64,000 bases of DNA from Chitinophagaceae bacterium (GTDB lineage: Bacteria; Bacteroidota; Bacteroidia; Chitinophagales; Chitinophagaceae): positions 27,022 through 91,021 of the forward strand of contig JAYVEQ010000018.1 of the NCBI GenBank assembly GCA_043748745.1, given 5' to 3'. The notes under the pieces were generated by a model, which made no database searches, was not told the origin of the DNA, and worked only from the letters and a program-made list of their open reading frames with translations. This document shows, one piece after another, positions 55,371 through 64,000 of this stretch. Position 1 is the first letter of the stretch. Each line of letters begins with the position of its first letter. The translations under genes were made by a program, and so were the position numbers.

Positions 55371-57476
55371 TTATATGCCAACATTGTAAATGAATGCCCC
55401 ATCCCGGGGGATAGAATGAAATTCCAGTTTAAGTGCTTTGCATTCCGCTTGCCATTTTTCAATTTTCCATTGGGGGTTTGAAGCATCAAAAATAAATTTT
55501 CTGCAGTTGAAAACCTTTACCAGTTGGGCTATATGGAGTTTTGGATTTTTTGAAATGATAACGAGGTCCACTTCAATTTTATGCTCAGGCATCTCAAATA
55601 AATCAGGTTTGTTAATAATGACAATTTTCGTACCCTTAAACTGATAATACAGGTTATACTGAAACAGGTCTGCAATTGAATCCGTCCTGTTGTTCAGTTG
55701 CAATGCAATTCTGCCGGGTTTTAAATGAAAGTTTTGCAATAAGCCGTCTTCCAACAAAACACTATCCCCTACAAATTGATAAGTATTACCATTTATAAAA
55801 TCAATAGCCTGGTGTTGCGGCACATTATAAACAATTAATTTTTCCTGCTTCAACAGTTGCCATTTATTAATACAGTTTAATACAACAAATGCAAGTAAAA
55901 AAAATGATCCGGCAAATAAATACTTCCTATCTTTTCTTATAAGCCATGCACTTAAAGCAATTACCAAACCATATAATAACATTGTAGAAAAAACAGAAGC
56001 CGGAATTTTATCCCAAACCGCAAATGACAATTCATTTATTCCGAGTATTATCTTGTTCATTATCCAGACTAACCATCCAACTGATTTGCCCAGGTATAGT
56101 CCTACAAAAGGCACCCACGATAAAGCCACCAATGCTATTTCGGCATATAAAATAAAACCGGATAACGGAACGGCAATGATATTGGTTATTAAAAACAAAT
56201 TAGGAAACTGGTGAAAATAATAAATGCAAACCGGAAATGTAAGTAATTGGGCTGCGGAAGAAACGGCTATTAACTTCCACACATTATCAAGCCATTTATT
56301 TTTTATATACAAACAGTTATAAATTGGCCGTTGAAAAATTACGATGCCCACAACCGCCAGGTAAGATAACTGAAAGCCAACATCCCATAAATAATATGGA
56401 TTGTAACATAATAATACAAAAGCTGATGCCGCCAATGAATTATAAATTGAAGCCTGTTTTGTAAAATTTTTACCCACTGTTATAAACGTAAACATGACTG
56501 CAGAACGCAATACAGATGCAGCTGCACCGGTAAGAATGGAAAATAACCACAGGCAACTTAATATCAGTATCACCTGGAGTAATTTTGATCTATTTATCAA
56601 TGGGATTTTTGCAAATAACCAAACCAGCAGCACATATATTAATCCTAAGTGCATTCCGGAAATGGCAATGATATGTACCACACCCGTATTACTGTATGCC
56701 TGCACCAGGTCTTTATCCAGGTCGTTTGTGTAACCAATTAACAAGGCTTCTGCTATACCTAATTCATCTTTACCAATATCAATTTTTTTTTGCAAAACAG
56801 ACAATACAAATGTTCTTGCAGAAAAAATGAATTGCTTAAACCCATTAATATTTTTTTCAGGTAATTGAACCCAACCCTTTCCTTTTAAAAACACATTGTG
56901 GTAAGTTTGCTGAAAAGCAGCATAGCGTTGATAATTAAAAGCTCCCGGGTTACCTGAATTTTTTATGGGTTGAAGATTTTTGCGAATCAATATTTTATCT
57001 CCATAGTGCAAATCGTTTTTAATACTGTCTTTCGAAAAGTATAATAATAATTTTCCTTCGCAGCGGATGGTTTCGCCATTTTGTAAAACAGCTTCTACAT
57101 ATCCATCAGCTTTAAAGGATTTTGCTTTTTCTACAAGTGGTTCATCAATACGAACAACGAGGTAACTGCCATCACGGTAATAATTTCCATACCAGTTATT
57201 TTTATGCCGAATATCTTTTTGCCAGGTAATTAATAAACCAAAACATAGTAACAGCAGTTGTACAATAAAGCCCTGCAAGGCTTGTAACTTAAACCGTAAT
57301 GCAATTGGTAATAATAAAAATAACAGAAATGAAATATAGAAAGAGATCAATGCCGTTAGTATAAGAATTACCGGTATTTGTAAATACCATTGCAGTATGA
57401 TACCTGCAATTAATGGTAATAACAACCTGATGAAAGGAGATTTTTTCCAAACGGGTATTACATAAGGGCGGGGCAT
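55371..57476 (-). CDS. comEC: ComEC/Rec2 family DNA internalisation protein
   Basis: N-terminal TM segments plus an OB-like segment, and a polytopic competence domain (HIIAISGMHLGLI). The C-terminal ~170 aa lack an HxHxDH motif. Confidence 0.8.
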   Translation of the reverse strand: MPRPYVIPVWKKSPFIRLLLPLIAGIILQWYLQIPVILILTALISFYISFLLFLLLPIALRFKLQALQGFIVQLLLLCFGLLITWQKDIRHKNNWYGNYYRDGSYLVVRIDEPLVEKAKSFKADGYVEAVLQNGETIRCEGKLLLYFSKDSIKNDLHYGDKILIRKNLQPIKNSGNPGAFNYQRYAAFQQTYHNVFLKGKGWVQLPEKNINGFKQFIFSARTFVLSVLQKKIDIGKDELGIAEALLIGYTNDLDKDLVQAYSNTGVVHIIAISGMHLGLIYVLLVWLFAKIPLINRSKLLQVILILSCLWLFSILTGAAASVLRSAVMFTFITVGKNFTKQASIYNSLAASAFVLLCYNPYYLWDVGFQLSYLAVVGIVIFQRPIYNCLYIKNKWLDNVWKLIAVSSAAQLLTFPVCIYYFHQFPNLFLITNIIAVPLSGFILYAEIALVALSWVPFVGLYLGKSVGWLVWIMNKIILGINELSFAVWDKIPASVFSTMLLYGLVIALSAWLIRKDRKYLFAGSFFLLAFVVLNCINKWQLLKQEKLIVYNVPQHQAIDFINGNTYQFVGDSVLLEDGLLQNFHLKPGRIALQLNNRTDSIADLFQYNLYYQFKGTKIVIINKPDLFEMPEHKIEVDLVIISKNPKLHIAQLVKVFNCRKFIFDASNPQWKIEKWQAECKALKLEFHSIPRDGAFIYNVGI

Positions 57477-57519
57477 TTAACAAAATAGAAAATCCTTTTG
57501 AAGAATCAAATAGGCATTT

Positions 57520-60363
57520 TTATTTACTGAGGTGCATACTCCGTTCTTTATACAACTGTCTGAAATACGGATCACGCAGGTCTTTAATGAAACGTATGGC
57601 TTCTCCTGTACTTTTCATCTCCGGCCCAAGTTCTTTATTTACACCGGGAAATTTATTAAAGGAAAAAACCGGTTCTTTAATGGCAAAGCCGGTAAGTTTT
57701 TTCTCGAAAGTAAAATCTTTAAGTTTGTTTACACCCATCATTATTTTGGTGGCAATATTCAAATAAGGAATCTGGTAAGCCTTTGCAATGAAGGGCGTGG
57801 TACGGCTTGCTCTCGGATTGGCTTCTATCACAAAAACATTACCATCTTTAATGGCAAACTGAATATTGATTAGCCCTTGTATTTTTAATGCCCTGGCAAT
57901 TTTTTCGGCATACTCTTCCATGGTATGCACAATCAACGGCGATAAATTAAACTGCGGTAACACCGCATTACTATCACCGCTATGAATACCGGCCGGCTCA
58001 ATATGTTCCATCACACCCATCACATGAAAATCATCTCCATCAAAAATGGCATCTATTTCTGCTTCCTGGCAACGATCAAGAAAATGATCAATTAAAATTT
58101 TATTCCCGGGTAAATGTTTTATTAAACTCAGTACGCCTTTTTCCAGGTCTTCATCATTAATCACAATACGCATTCTTTGTCCGCCCAGCACATAACTTGG
58201 CCTTATTAATACCGGATAACCAACCTGTTTAGCTACTTCAATGGCTTCATCGGTATTAAAAGCAGTGCCGTAATTTGGATAAGGAATTTCCAGGCTTTTC
58301 AGCATATCGCTGAACCTTCCACGGTCTTCGGCAATGTCCATACTATCGAATGAGGAGCCGATTATTTTGATGCCTTTTTCATGCAAACGTTTGGCAAGTT
58401 TAAGTGCTGTTTGTCCGCCGAGCTGCACAATTACACCATAAGGTTTTTCGTATTCAATAATTTCCCAAAGGTGTTCCCAAAACACGGGCTCAAAATAAAG
58501 TTTGTCGGCAATATCAAAATCGGTTGATACAGTTTCGGGGTTACAGTTTACCATAATTGCCTCGTAACCGGCTTCTTTAACAGCCAATAAACCATGTACA
58601 CAACAGTAATCAAACTCAATGCCCTGACCAATTCTGTTAGGGCCGCTGCCTAATACAATTATTTTCTTTTTATCCGAAACCAAACTTTCGTTACTAACCA
58701 GTTTGCTTTCGTTTGCAGGTTTGTTTTCGAAAGTAGAATAGAAGTATGGCGTCTTTGCTTCAAACTCGGCACTGCAGGTATCCACCATCTTAAACACACG
58801 GGTAAGCCCCATGGCTTTTCTTCTTTCATAAATTATTTCTGCTTCTTCTTCTTTCATAATACGAACGATTTGCTCATCACTAAAACCTAAAAATTTTGCT
58901 TCGGTTAAAACATCATCGGGTAAAGTTTTTAAATCGTGCAGGGCTATCTTTTTTTCACAATCACAAATTTTCTGAATCTGGTAAATAAACCAACGGTCAA
59001 TTTTTGTGCTTTCGCAGATACGTTTTATGCTTGCACCGGCCATTAGTGCATCTTTTATCCTGAATATCCTGTCCCACTTAGGAATTTTAATGTACTCGAT
59101 CAATTCATCAGCATGCATCAGGCTTTTTCCATAATACCCTAATCCTACCGCTTCATTCTCCAAACTTTGACAGGCTTTTTGCACCGCCTCTGCAAAGCTT
59201 CTACCTATGCCCATTACTTCACCAACACTTTTCATTTGAAAGCCAAGGGTATCTTTTGCACCTTTAAATTTATCAAAATTCCAGCGTGGTATTTTTACAA
59301 TTACATAATCAAGCGCCGGTTCAAAATAAGCCGATGTAGATTGGGTAATCTGATTTTTTAATTCATCTAAATTATAACCAATGGCAAGCTTTGCGGCAAT
59401 TTTTGCAATAGGATAACCGGTTGCTTTACTGGCCAATGCAGATGAACGGCTAACCCTTGGATTAATTTCCACTACAATAATCTCTTCTGTTTGTGGATTG
59501 AGTGCAAATTGCACATTACAACCACCGGCAAAATTTCCAAGGTCTCTCATCATCCTAATTGCTGTATTGCGCATGAGCTGGTAAGCCGTATCGCTTAAAG
59601 TCATTACCGGTGCAACAGTAATTGAATCGCCGGTATGAATCCCCATGGGATCAAAATTTTCAACCCCGCAAATAATAACTACGTTATCTGCATTATCTCT
59701 TAATAACTCCAGTTCAAATTCTTTCCAACCCAGCACTGCCTTTTCTACCAATACTTCATGTATCGGGCTTGCAATTAAGCCGGTATTTAATGCTTCATCA
59801 AGTTCATCTTTACTAAAAACAATGCTGCCACCTGTACCTCCTAAAGTAAAAGATGGACGGAGCACCAACGGAAATCCAATTTCCTGGGCAAATTCTTTTC
59901 CTTCTAAAAATGAGTTGGCAATTTTTGCCGGGCAAACTGGTATCCCCATTTCAATCATCCACTTGCGGAATTTTTCCCTGTCTTCGGCTTTATCAATAGC
60001 TTTTATATCAACACCAATCAATCTAACATTGTGTTTTTCCCAAATTCCCAACTCATCAACTTCTTTACAAAGATTAAGGGCTGTTTGTCCGCCCATGGTT
60101 GGTAATACAGCATCAATTTTATTTTCTTCCAGTATCTGTTCAATGCTTTCAACAGTAAGTGGTAAAAGATAAACCCTGTCGGCCATCATCGGGTCGGTCA
60201 TAATTGTTGCCGGGTTACTGTTTATAAGAATGACCTTTACAGCTTCTTCCCGTAAAGAACGGGCAGCCTGTGTACCCGAATAATCAAACTCGCAGGCCTG
60301 GCCAATAATAATAGGGCCTGAACCAATAATTAAAACTGATTGTATGGAATTGTCTTTGGGCAT
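57520..60363 (-). CDS. carB: carbamoyl-phosphate synthase large subunit
   Basis: MPKDNSIQSVLIIGSGPIIIGQACEFDYSGTQA, and two ATP-grasp units each ending in GPEMKSTGE-type motifs. Confidence 0.97.
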   Translation of the reverse strand: MPKDNSIQSVLIIGSGPIIIGQACEFDYSGTQAARSLREEAVKVILINSNPATIMTDPMMADRVYLLPLTVESIEQILEENKIDAVLPTMGGQTALNLCKEVDELGIWEKHNVRLIGVDIKAIDKAEDREKFRKWMIEMGIPVCPAKIANSFLEGKEFAQEIGFPLVLRPSFTLGGTGGSIVFSKDELDEALNTGLIASPIHEVLVEKAVLGWKEFELELLRDNADNVVIICGVENFDPMGIHTGDSITVAPVMTLSDTAYQLMRNTAIRMMRDLGNFAGGCNVQFALNPQTEEIIVVEINPRVSRSSALASKATGYPIAKIAAKLAIGYNLDELKNQITQSTSAYFEPALDYVIVKIPRWNFDKFKGAKDTLGFQMKSVGEVMGIGRSFAEAVQKACQSLENEAVGLGYYGKSLMHADELIEYIKIPKWDRIFRIKDALMAGASIKRICESTKIDRWFIYQIQKICDCEKKIALHDLKTLPDDVLTEAKFLGFSDEQIVRIMKEEEAEIIYERRKAMGLTRVFKMVDTCSAEFEAKTPYFYSTFENKPANESKLVSNESLVSDKKKIIVLGSGPNRIGQGIEFDYCCVHGLLAVKEAGYEAIMVNCNPETVSTDFDIADKLYFEPVFWEHLWEIIEYEKPYGVIVQLGGQTALKLAKRLHEKGIKIIGSSFDSMDIAEDRGRFSDMLKSLEIPYPNYGTAFNTDEAIEVAKQVGYPVLIRPSYVLGGQRMRIVINDEDLEKGVLSLIKHLPGNKILIDHFLDRCQEAEIDAIFDGDDFHVMGVMEHIEPAGIHSGDSNAVLPQFNLSPLIVHTMEEYAEKIARALKIQGLINIQFAIKDGNVFVIEANPRASRTTPFIAKAYQIPYLNIATKIMMGVNKLKDFTFEKKLTGFAIKEPVFSFNKFPGVNKELGPEMKSTGEAIRFIKDLRDPYFRQLYKERSMHLSK

Positions 60364-60423
60364 AGTAGCATTGCCGGTGATGTGGCGTGCAAAAGTAATG
60401 GCAAAAAAAGAAAAAGAAAAATC

Positions 60424-61089
60424 TTAAAAAACGATCTCAACCCTCCATTCACCCGATTCAAAAAATTCAATATCAACAATACCCCTATCAACACCGTTAA
60501 ATTTAACATGGAAAGGAAATTGAACATCCTGGAATTCGATGGTTTTTATCATGTTCATTTCAGTGGTATTTGTGCGCTGAAAGTAACCATTAGTTATCTG
60601 GAAATTATCTGTATTGGCTGTGGCCATAACACCGGTTTTCATTGAAAAATACACAGAATTTTTTTTAGTCGCCAGGTACTGGACGTTTTTGTATGTAACT
60701 GATGAACCCATTTCTACTATGTTGTATGGATTTTCGTATTCTCCTTTGTAATTATCCTTTTTCCAATAACCCGTTATTAAAGTTTCTATCCCGTTTGATG
60801 TACGGTGTATTTCGCCTTTACCTTCTTTAAATCCTTTTTTCCAACCACCATAATAAAAATCACCATTTGCCCAGGTATATTTTCCTTTTCCATCCGGGAG
60901 CCCGTTTTTAAAATCCCCGTCATATGTAGCTATACCAACTGCAATACCCTTACCATTTGCTTTTCCGTTGTTACATTCTCCTGTATAGGTTCCTTTTATA
61001 GAATCCAGTAAAACCTTGCAATCGGCATTTTGTGCTGAAACACATGAAATAATAATCGAAAAAAATGAGAGTAAAATAAACTGTTTCAT
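60424..61089 (-). CDS. secreted MORN-repeat protein
   Basis: Signal peptide followed by MORN-like repeats YTGECNNGKANGKG, YDGDFKNGLPDGKG and YYGGWKKGFKEGKG. Confidence 0.65.
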   Translation of the reverse strand: MKQFILLSFFSIIISCVSAQNADCKVLLDSIKGTYTGECNNGKANGKGIAVGIATYDGDFKNGLPDGKGKYTWANGDFYYGGWKKGFKEGKGEIHRTSNGIETLITGYWKKDNYKGEYENPYNIVEMGSSVTYKNVQYLATKKNSVYFSMKTGVMATANTDNFQITNGYFQRTNTTEMNMIKTIEFQDVQFPFHVKFNGVDRGIVDIEFFESGEWRVEIVF

Positions 61090-61161
61090 AAAAGTAGTTT
61101 TTAATTAAAGGGGATGATTAAAAAACGTTTGACTGATTAACAGTAATTTTACCGCCAGGCT

Positions 61162-62928
61162 ATGAAATATTACATTAATTCATCTTTCATAAAACTAATG
61201 ATTAAAAATTTACGAGCAGTAGTTTTTATTTTTATCCTGCTGTTAAATATTTCTTATTGTTCTGCCCAGTTTTTTTTGCAAAAAAATTACCCGCAAAACT
61301 ATTTTATCTATCCTGTTGTTGCTGCAAATTCATTAGCAGCCAATTTTGGTGAATTAAGGCCCAATCACTACCATATGGGTTTGGATTGCAGAACAGACAA
61401 AAAACAAAATATGCAGGTTCTGGCCTCAGCAGATGGCTATATTGCCAGAGTAAAAATTGAACCTTTTGGTTTTGGAAGGTCCATTTATATTAATCATCCC
61501 AATGGACTATCAACCCTGTATGCCCATTTAAATAACTTTACACCAGAGCTGGAAAAGTTTGTAAAAGAACAGCAGTATAAATTAAAAAGCTGGAAAGTTT
61601 ACCTGGATATACCTTCCAATTTATTCCCGGTTAAAAAAGGAGACTTTATTGCCTTTAGTGGTAATACCGGCGGATCCCAGGGGCCACATCTGCATTTTGA
61701 AATAAGAGATACAAAAACAGATAAGGTATTAAACCCATCGTTGTTTGGTTTTCCAATACCCGATAATATTGCACCCGATGTTTATCGATTGGCAGTTTAT
61801 GACAGGAGCATCAGCACTTACGAACAATCTCCAAAAATTTTTACAGTTAAAAAAGTAAATGGAATTTATGTTACTAATCCTGCTTTGATCATTGCCAATA
61901 CAAGTAAGGTAAGTTTTGGTATTTCAACAGCTGATCGTTTTAATGGCTCCTCCAATCGTAATGGTATTTACGAAACTGTATTATTTGAAAATGAAAACCC
62001 TGTAATTGGGTTTCAGTTAGACAATATCAGTTATGATGAAACCCGTTATTTAAATGCCCATATCGATTATAAATTAAGAAGCAATGGCGGACCTTTTGTT
62101 CAGCATTTATCAAGATTGCCGGGTTATGTTAACAGCATTTATAAAACGATCAATGGCGATGGTGTTATCGCCCTTACCGATGACAGCACTCATCATATTA
62201 AAATTGAAGTAAAAGATGCCAATGGCAATACTTCGGTGGTTAATTTTGAAATAAAACGGAGTACAAATTTTAAAGAACCTGGTAAATCGGATCCTTCATC
62301 TTATTTTCAGCAGGATGAATTTCATCCCGGCTTTATCAACATATATGAAAACAACAATATTATTTTTTATTTGCCTGAAAACAGTTTGTATGATTCTATC
62401 CGTTTTAGATATAATGAAATAGTTACCGAAGGATATCCAATTTACCAGTTGCACAATACAAGTGTACCGCTGCATAGATATTTTCCAATTACAATGAAAG
62501 CCTCAACTTCTTTACCCGATAAAATGGTAATGCACCGTTTTGCAAACGGAAAAGATGATTTTAAAAAAGCAGATCCGGTAACTAGCGGAAATGAGCATGG
62601 CTGGTTCAGGAGCAGCTTCAGGGACTTTGGAAGTTTTCAACTCATGATTGATACTATGCCACCAACTATTACACCCATTGGTTTTAAGAACGGCATGGAT
62701 TGCAGTAAACAAAGCCATATTCGCTTTGTTGTATCTGATAACACCGAAGAGATAAAGAGCTTTACTGCAACACTGGATGGCACCTGGCTTCTTTTCAGCA
62801 ATGATAAAGGCAGAACATTTATTTATACATTTGATGAAATGTGCCCAACCGGCGAACATGAATTAAAAATAATTGTAGAAGACCAGGTGGGGAACGTGAT
62901 CGATAAAGTTTATCATTTTACAAGATAA
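61162..62928 (+). CDS. M23 family metallopeptidase
   Basis: HYHMGLD (HxxxD) and GPHLHFEI (HxH) LytM-type motifs, followed by a long C-terminal beta-rich extension. Confidence 0.8.
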   Translation: MKYYINSSFIKLMIKNLRAVVFIFILLLNISYCSAQFFLQKNYPQNYFIYPVVAANSLAANFGELRPNHYHMGLDCRTDKKQNMQVLASADGYIARVKIEPFGFGRSIYINHPNGLSTLYAHLNNFTPELEKFVKEQQYKLKSWKVYLDIPSNLFPVKKGDFIAFSGNTGGSQGPHLHFEIRDTKTDKVLNPSLFGFPIPDNIAPDVYRLAVYDRSISTYEQSPKIFTVKKVNGIYVTNPALIIANTSKVSFGISTADRFNGSSNRNGIYETVLFENENPVIGFQLDNISYDETRYLNAHIDYKLRSNGGPFVQHLSRLPGYVNSIYKTINGDGVIALTDDSTHHIKIEVKDANGNTSVVNFEIKRSTNFKEPGKSDPSSYFQQDEFHPGFINIYENNNIIFYLPENSLYDSIRFRYNEIVTEGYPIYQLHNTSVPLHRYFPITMKASTSLPDKMVMHRFANGKDDFKKADPVTSGNEHGWFRSSFRDFGSFQLMIDTMPPTITPIGFKNGMDCSKQSHIRFVVSDNTEEIKSFTATLDGTWLLFSNDKGRTFIYTFDEMCPTGEHELKIIVEDQVGNVIDKVYHFTR

Positions 62929-62973
62929 AGTGGTTATTAATCCGTTTAAACATTATTCAGTAAGACGTACACA

Positions 62974-62997
62974 GATTAACCAATTAACTGATTAACA
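62974..62997 (+). promoter_or_regulatory. tandem octamer (RATTAACN)x3 abutting the bcp start codon
   Basis: gattaacc aattaact gattaaca, then ATG at 62998. Confidence 0.35.
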
Positions 62998-63480
62998 ATG
63001 ACTCATTTAACAGAAGGTAACAAAGCTCCGGCATTCAGGAGCAAAGACCAGAATGGTAACCTGGTTTCATTATCAGATTTTAAAGGCAAAAAAATTGTTT
63101 TATATTTTTATCCTGAAGATGATACACCTACCTGCACCATGCAGGCCTGCAACCTGAGGGATAATTTTGGTCTTTTAAAAAAGAATGGGTTTACAGTCCT
63201 GGGTGTAAGTCCGGATGAAGAAAAAAAACATAAAAAATTTGAAACTAAATACGATCTCCCTTTTACTTTAATTGCAGATCCAAATCATACTATCATTGAT
63301 AAATATGCTGTATGGGGCGAAAAGCAGTTGTACGGCAGAACCTATATGGGACTGCACCGCACTACTTTTTTAATTGATGAAAAAGGGATTATCTGTAAAA
63401 TATTTTTAAAACCAAAAAGCAAACAGCATACCCAGGAGATTTTAAATGCCTGGCAACTTATTGAAGAAAATAAACGTTAG
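62998..63480 (+). CDS. bcp: thioredoxin-dependent thiol peroxidase (peroxiredoxin Bcp)
   Basis: APAFRSKDQNG...VLYFYPEDDTPTCTMQAC (peroxidatic and resolving Cys spaced CxxxxC). Confidence 0.9.
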   Translation: MTHLTEGNKAPAFRSKDQNGNLVSLSDFKGKKIVLYFYPEDDTPTCTMQACNLRDNFGLLKKNGFTVLGVSPDEEKKHKKFETKYDLPFTLIADPNHTIIDKYAVWGEKQLYGRTYMGLHRTTFLIDEKGIICKIFLKPKSKQHTQEILNAWQLIEENKR

Positions 63481-63509
63481 GTATTTTATTATACCTTAAA
63501 AATTAAATT

Positions 63510-63884
63510 ATGAAAAAAACAGCCGTCATCACCTTATTTATTTTTTTAGCAACATTAGTGTTTAATGCATGCAGTAAAAGCAGCCCCTCTCCCGGTGGAG
63601 GAACCGGAGGAGGTATAACTTTTTCATGTGTTGGTATCAGCCCAAAATTTTCAACAGATGTACAGCCAATACTTACATCCGTTTGCTCTATCAACAGCAA
63701 TTGCCATGCTGCCGGCAGCACAAATTCCGGAGGGCCATTTACTGTTTATGCACAGGTATTTGCAAAAAAATCAAATATAAGAGCGGCAATACTTGCAGGT
63801 ACGATGCCGCAAAGTGGAACTATTTCACAGGCACAAATCAATGCTTTTATATGCTGGATAGACAGCGGAGCCCCAAACAATTAA
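63510..63884 (+). CDS. small lipoprotein with cytochrome-c-like (PSCyt-type) sequence pattern but CX5CH
   Basis: Lipobox LVFNAC and a G/S/P linker. FSTDVQPILTSVCSINSNCHAAGS resembles F..V.PIL...CxxCH domains but with five residues between the Cys residues. Confidence 0.55.
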   Translation: MKKTAVITLFIFLATLVFNACSKSSPSPGGGTGGGITFSCVGISPKFSTDVQPILTSVCSINSNCHAAGSTNSGGPFTVYAQVFAKKSNIRAAILAGTMPQSGTISQAQINAFICWIDSGAPNN

Positions 63885-64000
63885 TAATTCAATTAAAAAC
63901 GGAATTCATAAAACCCATTCCACTTCTCCAAAATTAAACTCCCGTTCAATTGCATCAACCGTTATTAAACGACCTTCATCAGAAACTCCTTTTATTACCG

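Noticed and set aside
63885-64000. Possible 3' end of a minus-strand gene at the right window edge.
   Set aside because: Too little sequence is available to support a call.

Overview
AT-rich Bacteroidota chromosome segment, probably Chitinophagaceae/Sphingobacteriia-like. The assignment rests on T9SS C-terminal sorting domains, a CarboxypepD_reg TonB-dependent receptor, a GldA-like ABC ATPase, TAnnTTTG -7 boxes and the lack of Shine-Dalgarno sites. About 50 densely packed genes are mostly core housekeeping: pdxA, radA, comF, holB, PSP1/ricT-like, eno, nth, korA, mutL, acs, queA, kbl, purH, comEC, carB, bcp. Interspersed are envelope and secreted proteins: PKD-repeat T9SS cargo, a GH3/beta-lactamase fusion, an M16 peptidase, an L,D-transpeptidase, OmpA-like and M23 proteins, and an ECF sigma/anti-sigma/OMP operon. 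I found no rRNA, tRNA, CRISPR array, transposase, integrase, phage gene or recognisable defence island, so I cannot honestly point to a clear novel multi-gene system. The unusual signals are mostly small-scale. (1) A PBP4/dacB gene is split exactly at an A11 run, and one extra A or a -1 slip restores it. (2) A GC-rich palindromic repeat-like sequence is inserted in frame in the conserved core of purH. (3) Heptanucleotide short tandem repeats (GTTTGYR/YRCAAAC and relatives) occur in intergenic DNA, in a lipoprotein signal peptide and inside holB, mutL, an ABC ATPase and a hypothetical gene. (4) Three GC-rich structured elements sit in intergenic DNA: two ~104-nt inverted-repeat elements and one ~79-nt nested hairpin. 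(5) A tight six-gene operon links a TonB-dependent receptor to four uncharacterised membrane or secreted proteins and a small winged-helix regulator. (6) Several domain-level oddities are also present: an arginase-fold protein with substituted metal ligands, an MFS transporter with a large periplasmic insert next to acs, a duplicated anti-sigma N-module, and a PSP1 protein with a long Q/G/R/N tail. All homology calls come from motif recognition by eye, not from searches.
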